This document shows positions 35,334 to 45,400 of a DNA stretch of 64,000 nt, piece by piece. The notes below the pieces were generated by a model. The model ran no database searches. It was not told the DNA's origin and saw only the letters and a program-made list of their open reading frames with translations. This DNA comes from Mayamaea pseudoterrestris (taxonomy: Eukaryota). Both the position numbers and the translations under genes were made by a program. The DNA is taken from assembly GCA_027923505.1 (NCBI GenBank), contig BROI01000003.1, positions 806,001 through 870,000 of the forward strand. The letters run 5' to 3'. The first letter of the stretch is position 1. The number at the start of each line of letters is the position of its first letter.

Positions 35334-35548
35334 GGTGGTATTGTAGTGATAGATTGCGATGGCGTCTCTGGCCGCGACGCGACGCGAGAAACCGCCCGTG
35401 ACGCGCCGGCATAGCTTGACCGGCGAAATAATTCGCACGACTGACCGCCAAAAATGGTTCGTGACTCGCCGCAGCACGAATTTTTGAAACGGCCGATGAA
35501 TCAAATGTAAAAGCGACCTGCTTGTCTCGTTTGTACAGCTTCTTCACC

Positions 35549-37637
35549 ATGACGGACACTGTCCTGCACAACCTATGCAAGGGCTTTGGGGCTCTTTTGA
35601 GTCGAAGCAAGGTTAGTATATAGCAGAATTTGAGGAGGCGAACAGCAAGATGGGGACGATGAGTGACTTGCGAAAGACCGACGGCTGTGATTAATCGGAC
35701 GCGCTGATATGCACTATCGTACAGACAATGGCAAGATGGCCCATTTTAAAGCAAAGCTTCTTGCATTAGAATCAGGCAGGAAGTCCAAAATGCTTGTTCC
35801 GAGTTTTTAATTCAGCTGGCTTTGCGCGCAGCAGCCAAGAAGTTTAAATCTTCATTGCTTGCAATTGCTTCTTCCTTTTTTGAATCGTTTTTCCTCGCTC
35901 ACTTTTGATCAATCATTACTACAGGAACCCAATTTTCCGGAGGAAGCTGCTCGACTTAATGAACGTGGAAATTTGCCTCTGCACGCAGCCTGCAGCTTTC
36001 AGGCGACGGCGGATGTTGTGGAAGTTCTGTTAAAGGCGTATCCTGGAGGAGTCAGTCAGCCGAATAGCGCAGGAAATCTTCCAATCCATCAAGCCGCCAT
36101 GTGGCAAGCTCCACTCGAAACTGTTCAGTTACTGCTCGCGCGTCATCCGCAGGGAGCCACCGTTCGCAACCAATATGGTTCGCTGCCGCTACACATGGCG
36201 GCGAGCAACCAAGCATCACCCGACGTGGTTCGTCTCTTGATAGACTCGTACCCTGATGCTCTACATTTACAAAATGATGATGGCATGACGCCCCTAGACC
36301 TTGCTGTTGCCGATGAGAGTGCTAACGAAACGATCATTGCCATGCTGGAGGGCCGTCCTCCACCACCCGAACTTTCCAAACGCCAGCAGGCGGAAAAGTA
36401 TGAGGAACGGGCGCTGGCTTTGGAACGCAAGCTAGGATCGCTTCGAAACACGGGGGGACGTCAAGATAATGACTTGAAGGTGGCGTTAGCAGCGGTTCGA
36501 CGATTGGCTGACCGATTTCCGTCGGCCTTGTACGTGGCGGGAATTGATCCGAATGAGCTGGAAATTGCGTTTTCCAATAATGCTAACCGCAAGGAGGAGG
36601 ATGCGGAACTCATTCTCATGGATGCGGTCAAGAAGCGAGCAAGTACGGCGAATCGCGATGTTCGAAACGGCGATCCAATGATGCAGCAGGGCTTGGGGTC
36701 GGGCGCAGTGAGCCCACGCGATCGATTGGAGGATTTGCTAAGTACAATTGTTGGATTGGAGCATGTCAAGAGCCAAGTGCGTGGCCTGCGCCGAACAGCA
36801 GAGATTATGGATTTGCGCGAGAGCTTAGTTCCAACAAGTCATCGAGGACGAGGACCGGGCGCTCTGGCCCTGGTGTCTCCGGCGCTTGCGGAGGAAGGTG
36901 GTCGTCCCACGGCGAGTCACATGGTATTCATGGGAAATCCGGGGTGTGGAAAGACCGCTGTCGCTAGACTTTTAGCAAAGGTGTTTCATGAGTTAGGCCT
37001 CGTACGAAAACCAAAGTTTTTGGAGGTGGAGCGCATGGACTTGGTGGCACGCGACAAGCAAAACACGATAGTCAAGACGAGAGAAGTGCTTGACGAAGCT
37101 CGTGGAGGAATATTGTACATTGATGAAGCGTTTACGCTTGGCATGGCATCGAGAAAGAATAAGGGTGACGCCGGTAATGAAGCCATTGCGGAGATTGTTC
37201 GCAGCATTGAGGAGGCTGAGAAGAATGACGCGGACAAAAACTTTCCGGTGATTATCTTGGCAGGTTTCCCGCTGGAAACGCAGGCGTTCTTAGCGTTCCA
37301 GCCCGAGCTTCGCAAGAAGTTTCCGCTCGTGTTTGAATTTCCCGATTACACATGCGCCGAGTTGGCTCACATCTTTATCGACCTTGCAGCGGCCAAGGGC
37401 TTCGACATGGAACCTTCGTTGACAGAACGGATCATCACGCAGCTCCTGGAGAAAGAGACGACGGCTGCATGGCGCGGTGAGCGCAATGGCCGCATCAGCG
37501 AAATGTTGCTAGCAGGGATTCGAACCGAGATCCGGAAACGAATGCGAAAAGCTCAGATGGAGGAACAGGATGACTTTGACCCGCAGCTCGTGGTTCGCTC
37601 TGATTTGGAGAATGTCATGCGGTCCGATTTCAAGTAA
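35549..37637 (+). CDS. Ankyrin-repeat + CbbX/SpoVK-like AAA+ protein, paralog B (~591 aa); exons 35549-35611, 35925-37637
   Basis: Four ankyrin repeats; IVGLEHVKSQV, HMVFMGNPGCGKT, GGILYIDEAF, FEFPDY. The spliced N-terminus LHNLCKGFGALLSRSKEP aligns with paralog A LHEIAKGWKAAIARAKDP. Confidence 0.9.
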
Positions 37638-38433
37638 GACTCATACGACATTGAAAATTTCTAGAATTGTATGTCAGCTTTGTTAATGTTAATAATTTGG
37701 TGTCCTTGTACTTGGCTTAGAATCCAATAGTCTAAACTGCACAGAATGCCATTCCCTGGCGGAAACTTTCAACTCTAAAGATTGCGGACAAAGCTGACGG
37801 ATGTTGTGCTCTCTGCACACCACAACAGTCAAGGTATGTCCAACTGCCCGATCTTTGATCGCGATATCAGTCATTTCCTCCCATCGACTCTACATTCAAG
37901 CATAGAATCCACTCCTGATTGCGTCCACATATTCTAACAAATGGATCAGCCGTCGCATGCTCGTCGTCCCGCACCCAGCTTAATTAAGATTATTATCAAG
38001 CTTCCCAATGGTGTGTATCCTTGCTATCGATTGATTTGCATTAGAAATAGTGAAGCTGGATCTTCAACCCGTCGGAAGACAGAGTAGCTCGACCTTTTCA
38101 CGCCGCATGGCGGACCAATCCTTGCCAATGGCCGCTGGACACCCATGCAACCCACTTGAAGAACTCGTCCAGCTGCTAATCAAAAGTTGATAACTAACAT
38201 CATGTCGCCTTCTATGAGTGATGTCCGTCGGGTCGCATCATGGAGGCATCATAATAATGGATCATGGATCTTGCTTGGATGTGTTTCAGTACCGATCCGA
38301 CACACAAATGAAAAATGAGCTTCGACGAATGTTCCGTCGCGCAATTGCGACGACCATGAACACTCGTCGTTGTCGACTGGCCGAGCATATAGCTGCGCAG
38401 ACTTAACCAATCGTAGTCGCGTCTCAATTTCTC

Positions 38434-39825
38434 ATGACTGATAAAGTAATGGATAATCGAGATGAAGGAAAAGTAGCGGATGAGACACACACACAGAATG
38501 AGGAGGAGGACTCCTCTTCTCGGGTGGATCTTTGGTGGTCGAGCATCGCGCCGCAGTATCAGTTTCGACGAAAATTAACACATCAAGAGCATGATAGCAT
38601 ATCGAGCGCGCAAGAGACAACATCAGTTACTGATCTGGAGGAGTCTTGCGACCACTGCTGTACGCAGTATTTTCCTTGTTTCGGTTCCTGCCGTCGCAAG
38701 TCGTTTCAGATCTGTCAAGTAGAAACATTAGCGTCCAGCCGACAATGTCAAGTTGTGCATGTTAATTGGAAAAATCTCATCTTGGCCTTGTTCGCATCGG
38801 TCATGCTCGGTGTTGTTCTTTACACCAAGTCGTCGATTCGTGGTCGATGGTTTCTTAACGTTGGATTGAATCGTCGTTTAAATGTTCCCTACTGGCTCAG
38901 TCGAGAAATGACAGTCACGTCCTCTCAAACGGACTTTCCAAAGTCTCAACTTTTTGTGTACCACTTGGGAAAGCACTGTCCGCCGTTCTCACCCACGTCA
39001 GTGACGTTTAAAAAGAATCGAACGCTGCAGTTTGGTCGCTACCAATATCAAAATTACTACGAATACGACTTTTTGTACCTGAACGAAGGTTCAAGAATAT
39101 TTCTAGAGATGACACAGGCACATGGCACATCGAATGTCTATGTACTTCGCGGCCAAAATGTAATGGAGCGCATTCTGAATGACGCACACCAAGACAATCA
39201 AGGTGGGTTTGAAAAGCTTGCTCTCGAAAAGCGCACTCTATCAGCCGGAGAAGCTCAAGTTCTTCGATACAATGTTACACAATCGGACGATTATATCATT
39301 GTTTACGAGGATGCATCTAAGAAACACGGACAACTGCTGGTCCAATACACAGTCGATGCAACCATGTTTGACGTTGAGGACGAGGGAGCGTCAGTGTGCG
39401 ATGACCCCCTGGGCGATTGCACCATCCGCCTATCCTTACAGCATGAGTGCATTATCGTTCAAGCCAAGCCTGATGCAAATGAACCCTTCGGTCAAGCAGT
39501 CATGTTTGTCACGATAAAGACCAGGCATCGAGTCGGGTTGATCTTTCTCCTGTCAGTGATTCCGCTCGCACTTGCACTGCTAATTTCATGCATCTATCGA
39601 GACACAGCACCGATTGGCACATACGAGCCAATTGGTGATGTAGATTTGAATGTCAATGCTTCTCCTTCGACATTTTTATATCAGGACAGCATCGATAGCT
39701 CTTTGGTGGGCATTAAGTTTGTAAACGACACCACGCAGACGATACCGATATTGAAAGGTGAGGACTTGGCGTCTGCCTTTGGATCGACTGTACGTATCTC
39801 TCCGTCCTCTATAGTGCATGTTTAG
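38434..39825 (+). CDS. Two-TM membrane protein with a lumenal domain resembling the non-RING part of plant APD1-4 E3 ligases
   Basis: 463-aa ORF with two hydrophobic helices; FLYLNEGSRI and YNVTQSDDYIIVY resemble APD-type domains (weak, by eye); no RING seen. Confidence 0.55.
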   Translation: MTDKVMDNRDEGKVADETHTQNEEEDSSSRVDLWWSSIAPQYQFRRKLTHQEHDSISSAQETTSVTDLEESCDHCCTQYFPCFGSCRRKSFQICQVETLASSRQCQVVHVNWKNLILALFASVMLGVVLYTKSSIRGRWFLNVGLNRRLNVPYWLSREMTVTSSQTDFPKSQLFVYHLGKHCPPFSPTSVTFKKNRTLQFGRYQYQNYYEYDFLYLNEGSRIFLEMTQAHGTSNVYVLRGQNVMERILNDAHQDNQGGFEKLALEKRTLSAGEAQVLRYNVTQSDDYIIVYEDASKKHGQLLVQYTVDATMFDVEDEGASVCDDPLGDCTIRLSLQHECIIVQAKPDANEPFGQAVMFVTIKTRHRVGLIFLLSVIPLALALLISCIYRDTAPIGTYEPIGDVDLNVNASPSTFLYQDSIDSSLVGIKFVNDTTQTIPILKGEDLASAFGSTVRISPSSIVHV

Positions 39826-40011
39826 ACGTTTGATTGAATCATAGTGAGATTTACTAGTCGCTGCTTGTCAGGTATGACTGCGACATAACACTAACTGTAA
39901 ACCTACGTAGAATGAGCAGAGTTATGTAGGTCTGTGAGAGCTGTAGTCCATAATTCGACGCTATTCGAGAGAGTATCAGTTGCAGCTCTTCAAGTTGTCG
40001 CCATAAAGCCG

Positions 40012-41202
40012 TCATGCTAGTTTAGGCTTCTTGGCAGCAAAATTCCTCCAATTACCAATTCGCTTGTCAACGCGATCCTCCTGTTTCCATTCCCTGTCAA
40101 ACTTGCGGCCCTGGACTTCCTTTTGCTCCTCTTCGTCCTCCTGTTGCTGGGTACGCTGCTCGTACTGTCGTTCTCGTCGCTCAACTTCGCGTCGCTTGTG
40201 TTCAATCTCGGCGAATATTTTTTGAATCGCCTTGGACTGGCACTCATCAAGACTCGACAAAGGCGCAGATGACGTAGCCTTGAGTCTCTCCCAATCAGCT
40301 TGACCGCGAAGCATACCTTTTTCAATCAATTGTCGACAATGGCTTGCTTTGTTTTCGTCGTCAAGCATGGCCTTGGCTCGCAAAACTTCGTCGTACGCTT
40401 GTTGTGCCTTGGGTTCAGTTGTGTTCTTGTCGGGATGCAGCAGAAGCGAGAGTCCCTTGTATCGTCGTGAAATTTCCTCGGGCGTCGCCGTATGAGCAAG
40501 ATCAAGAACGTAAAATGGATTCAAGTTGCGCCATTGATAGTTTTCCTTGAGCAAGCGATCAATCTGGAATTGGGCAATTCCTAGCGCCTTCTTCTGCTTC
40601 TTAATCGCATCGGTCGCTTGCGGAAGCGCTGAAAGTTCCTTTTCCTTCTGAACTTGCGCGGCTGCATCTTCAACGTCATTGAAAAAGTCATCCAAATCGT
40701 CCGTGACTCCGGCATTTACAGATAATCCATTGTCCTTCTTGACCTCTTCTTCCTCCCTGGCCTGCTCCATTCGCACTTTCTCGAGCTGTTCCTGACAATC
40801 TTGCACTCCTTTCATGGCAGCTACATTTGTTGAATCAGACTCTAACACTTTATTCCATTCTTCCAACGCGGACTGCCATCGTCCCAATGACTGGAGAGCT
40901 GCCGCCAAACGTGAAATGCCCTTAGCGCCCATACTACCAAGCGCAACACATTTGGTGGCATCCTGCAGCGCCTTGCTCTTTTGCCCTGCCTTCAAGTAAG
41001 CAGCCGATCTGTTGCTGTAGGCGACGCAGAAGTCTGGATCAACCGACAGGGCCGACGTGTATTGGTTAATGGCTTCGTCGTAGTTGGCCGACTTGAACGC
41101 TTGATCGCCGGCTAGCTTGCAGGCATCACGCTGTACCTTCCAGTCATCTGATGGAGCTTCAAAGGGGTCTATGAAAATTGTTGGCTCATTATTGTCGGTC
41201 AT
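40012..41202 (-). CDS. TPR + J-domain co-chaperone (DNAJC8/SPF31-like C-terminal half)
   Basis: Three TPRs (GDQAFKSANYDEAINQYTSAL, YSNRSAAYL), NLNPFYVL..YKGLSLLLHPDKN, terminal RDKR-like RVDKRIGNWRNF. Confidence 0.88.
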   Translation of the reverse strand: MTDNNEPTIFIDPFEAPSDDWKVQRDACKLAGDQAFKSANYDEAINQYTSALSVDPDFCVAYSNRSAAYLKAGQKSKALQDATKCVALGSMGAKGISRLAAALQSLGRWQSALEEWNKVLESDSTNVAAMKGVQDCQEQLEKVRMEQAREEEEVKKDNGLSVNAGVTDDLDDFFNDVEDAAAQVQKEKELSALPQATDAIKKQKKALGIAQFQIDRLLKENYQWRNLNPFYVLDLAHTATPEEISRRYKGLSLLLHPDKNTTEPKAQQAYDEVLRAKAMLDDENKASHCRQLIEKGMLRGQADWERLKATSSAPLSSLDECQSKAIQKIFAEIEHKRREVERRERQYEQRTQQQEDEEEQKEVQGRKFDREWKQEDRVDKRIGNWRNFAAKKPKLA

Positions 41203-41368
41203 AGCGCTATGCCGCAATGGTGAATGTTTATGATACACTGTAATACCGTGTGCACGTATGCAATCGAAGTTGCTTCTTCATGGAGACTTTCGCAAGGAGA
41301 TCAGTCAAATTGTCGCATCGGGTTTGACCTTGATAAATCAAAGTTATTGTCACTCTCCATCAAAGAGT

Positions 41369-41465
41369 AGTGCCAAAAACTTTGATTTTTTTCAAAGTTT
41401 TTGGCACTGTACGCTCAACAGTAGTCATTCATGAGTCATTTGAAAATCAAAGTTTTTGGCACTGT
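41369..41465. repeat. Perfect 17-bp inverted repeat plus a third copy, in a divergent intergenic region
   Basis: AGTGCCAAAAACTTTGA (41369-41385), T6 spacer, TCAAAGTTTTTGGCACT (41392-41408); third copy TCAAAGTTTTTGGCACTGT at 41447-41465. Confidence 0.9.
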
Positions 41466-41709
41466 GATCCACATAGTACTTTCAGCTGTACTGTCGTCCA
41501 TTATAGGATTCGCCGCCAAACAGCTACGCGATGACGACGATGACGATCGCTCTTTGCTTCGTTCTTCAAAGAAAATCCGTCGGCTCTGCCACTGCTTGCC
41601 TCATATTCAGTCTCTGTTCTTGTTACCTTGGAGAAAGAGAGTGAAGAAACAGTGGCATAACGTTATGGAATATTAATAGCTTGACTGAGCCACAATTTCT
41701 TTTTCGCTA

Positions 41710-42330
41710 ATGAACAAACCTTTTCGAATGGATCCTCCGCCTGCCGTCATTCGGCCTCGCAAACGTGATCTGACAGATAATGATTCCCAGTCACAACTTA
41801 GCGACGAAAGCTCAGCGATTGATTCGTCACGGGCTGTTGCTAAGCCTCGGCGCAAGCGGCAGCGAACCTTTTTGAATGCCTTTTCGTTAATTACTCTACA
41901 ACGACCCAGCGACAGCATGGAGTGTCCGAGCGATGAGGATGACGACGCTGATAGTTCTAAAGCAGTTGCTGATGAAGGAGACGAGTGTGGGTACTCGGTG
42001 ACGAGTTCATTGGATGACGATTTATCGCAGGAGGATCGATTGCTCAGTGATAAGGAAGAGGCGGAACGGAAGGTCATGTTGGAGCTAGTATTTGGACCAG
42101 AAACAGAGCATAAAGATATCGTCGACGCTAAATTGGAAGGGCTTATTCGAAAGTCGCTTCAAAAGGCGACGACCGTGGGAAGCGTTGATGATATGGATCT
42201 GGAAACAAGCTACCAACGATCGAGCGATGCAGGAACTGTAAGCTCATTGGGGACGACCTCTTCAATGAAGCGGAGTTCGTCGCTTCCCAGCGTTTTTGAA
42301 GATTCCATGGATGTGGATATGATGAGTTGA
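41710..42330 (+). CDS. Hypothetical acidic, low-complexity protein with basic NLS-like patches
   Basis: 206-aa ATG ORF, RPRKR and KPRRKRQR; no domain recognised. Confidence 0.65.
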   Translation: MNKPFRMDPPPAVIRPRKRDLTDNDSQSQLSDESSAIDSSRAVAKPRRKRQRTFLNAFSLITLQRPSDSMECPSDEDDDADSSKAVADEGDECGYSVTSSLDDDLSQEDRLLSDKEEAERKVMLELVFGPETEHKDIVDAKLEGLIRKSLQKATTVGSVDDMDLETSYQRSSDAGTVSSLGTTSSMKRSSSLPSVFEDSMDVDMMS

Positions 42331-42418
42331 AGCTAGTGTAGCAGATAGCCAGGCTATAAAACCATATATCATACTATATTGAGCTTTTGTAGAAATGTTT
42401 TCCATCTTCAATTTACAG

Positions 42419-45400
42419 TCAATCAATCAAGTCGGCAAGCATTGCCTTCACTTCCTTCCGTTGCGCTGCAGACATTTGCTGCAAAGCCTGACCAAGACCT
42501 TCAATTATGCCGGCGGTTCCAATTCTGGCTGTATTTCCACCGGCAGTCATCACTTGAACGACTTCCTTAACAACAGTCTCCTTCGTGTAGGCGATAATTT
42601 TTTGTTCGAGCATCTTGTGCTGCTCAGACATCCATGAGAGAACAGCCTTGTCGTCATCCCAAAGCTCCATCGTTGTGGCATGAGTTTCCTGGAACCATTG
42701 CTTTATGAGCGCCGACGCTTCATTCGGCGTTGGTGCTATCACGCCTCTACCGACCTGAGCAGCCTCGTTGATTTTTTTACGCAAATCAAATTCTGCCAGC
42801 TTGCGACGAAGCCGCCAGTAAAAGATGGAGCGAGAGTCGCTCCAATCAACCTCGCGGTGGATAACGCCAACAGCCTTCATTCGTCCAGGAGTGTCATGCA
42901 ATTCACAAAATTTGACGGCGATTTGCTCGTACACAGGCAGCAGCATATGCTCGCGCTGAGTTATTTCCTTCTTAATGGCGCTTACATTGCTGCCAGCCTG
43001 TGTAAGCTCTTTGTCCAGCGCTTGCAACTTCTCGTCCAGTCGATGCATGGTCGTAACGAGATCCTTTGTGCGGTATTTAACGCTTGCTGCTCCACTCGCC
43101 TCCAAAACTCCTCCGCGAGCACTACCTTTGGCGGCGTACATCTCCATTACAGCCGAGTTGATTGACGCATCTAGAACGACCCAGGCTCCGCCGCGAATTT
43201 CAGCGAACGGTGGAATAAAGATAAAGACAGGCTGCTCGTACGATACAAACGCGTCGACAATCAGCGATCCATATTTGAGCACTTCGTCAAACATGTCTCG
43301 CTGTCCGCCGCTAAATCCTCGCCAATTAGCAAACACAATCAAAGGCAAGTCTTCCGTGCGAAAATCCTTAATTGCTTGTGCCGTCTTGTAGGCACTATTA
43401 GGGAACCAGACGCACCCAGCTTCTTGAATTACAGCTTCAGACGCACTTACATCCGCCGGGTCGGCAGGCTTGACGGCTTCGGCCGTACGATTCTCTGTAA
43501 TAATCACGCCCATCGGAATGCCGCCGAGACGAGCTCGGCCGCAAACAACAGTCTTGGCCCAACCTGCAAGCGTCTCTTTAAAGCTTCCTTTGTCAAAGAA
43601 CCCGCTTTCCCACACTCCATCGTCCCTTTCACCACCCGCAAGCAAGCATCGCGGGTCGTACGGGACGCCAGGTTTTGGACAAAAAGTGATAGGGCGTTCA
43701 ACTTCGTCAATACCGCGAATGTCTGTTATAGGGAGCATGCCGCCTCTCGTTGATGGGACGAAAGAGATCCAGTCAATTGCAGCCCTGACGGCTCGAAGGT
43801 GATCAGGTTCAACCAAGTGAGAAATTCCGTTTGAGTACATGATTCCAGGTCCACCTAGTTGGTCATTACTCTGGTATACATCGACACCCATAAGTTTATT
43901 CAGTGCCTGATAGCCGGTAAGAATTATTGGACTGGCGGACGATTTTTGTATGGTTCGCTGGCCTAATCTCACGAGATACGCGCCAATGCCGACAGTTCTG
44001 TTGGCGTTAGTGCAATGTGAGTCTTTGATTTTCTCGTCATCCATGCAAAATCCTTAAGCTACAAAAGTAACAACTTACCTGCCCAGCACAATTGTCATGG
44101 TGAATATATCTTCATAAGCTGCACTTGTCTCTCCAGCTATAAGCCCAGAGCCTTTGAGGTTTTCGACTCCCAGATCTGGCTCAGAGCCGATTATGTCCGT
44201 TATGCGATAGACGTCCAAGCCTTCGTAAGCAGCAGGCTCGGCGATTACTTCGTTGGTGGCATGTGTTAAAGTATTGTAATCTCCTTTTGTGACGTAGAGG
44301 AAGTCAAATCCACTCTCCGGCTTCCCTGAGTCTTTGAATGCAACCTTGAAAAGTTTCTGGACACTATCGGCAAGCCCAATCCTTGCGCCCGAATTAGCTG
44401 CAATGTACAATCGAGGTATGCGCATCTCGCGGGCGTATTCTGAAGCCATTTTGAAAACAACATCTTCCCGTGTTCCGAAACTACCTGCCTTGTGCGTGAT
44501 ATCATTCGCGATCAACACCACTTGGCGACCCTAAAAACACAGACACACAATTGTTTTAGTGACGTTCATCGTAACCACTTTCGTTCAAAGCGTGAGACTT
44601 ACATTTGGATACTCAAGTGTTTTTAGAACAACAAGCCACGCAACCATTCCAACGTTGTTAGCGCCGGCACCTCGATGCATGTGTGACAGTTCGACGCCAC
44701 CATTTAAGTAGTCGCTCATGGTCCAAGGATCAGCAACGGATCCATCTTTCTTCTTGACGACGAGTTCTGTCGTGTACATGACCATCAATGGACGAGATGC
44801 ATTCCGCATGCCGCCTGTAACCTTTGCTGCTTCAGACCATTGCTGTTCTACAGCAGCTTCGAACAAGGCTGGCAGATCGTAACAGTAGAGTGTATCAGAA
44901 GCTCTGAGAGCAGCCTTCCGCTGCGCATCGAACGGACGAGTCAATGGATACGGAATATTGACACCTTTTCCGTCCCATGAACTGTCGCCAGCACTTGCAA
45001 GATTCGCTTTGGTGCCACTGATAAGCTTGAATACGCGCTCGCCACTGTTGTCGACAGCCTCCACGTATGAATTCATCACGTGGACAAACCCCGTAGGATT
45101 ACTAGCAAATAGGCGAATTGCAATTGGCGGCGTATTGCCACTGAGGCAGCAGACGATGCGGACTTCCACCTCCACTATCCCAAGATTCGAAACTCTGTCC
45201 CCGTGTCGCTTCAGCGCCTCCACAACAACTTGCTCAACGACGACAGGATCAATAACTGCCCTGTCGAAGTCGCTCAGAAGATTTAGAAACAGATGATTGT
45301 CAGATTTTCCCGGCGGACTCAGGTCAAAAGCGTTAAGAGCGTCCACTAAAATACGTTCAAATCCTGCGGACGAGAACTCGACAGCAAAACTCAAGGTACG

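Noticed and set aside
33368..37637. Call as Rubisco activase cbbX
   Set aside because: No plastid-targeting presequence, no pore-loop tyrosine, and an ankyrin N-terminus.
37640..38430. Possible pseudogene or short ORFs
   Set aside because: No coherent frame or motif could be assembled.
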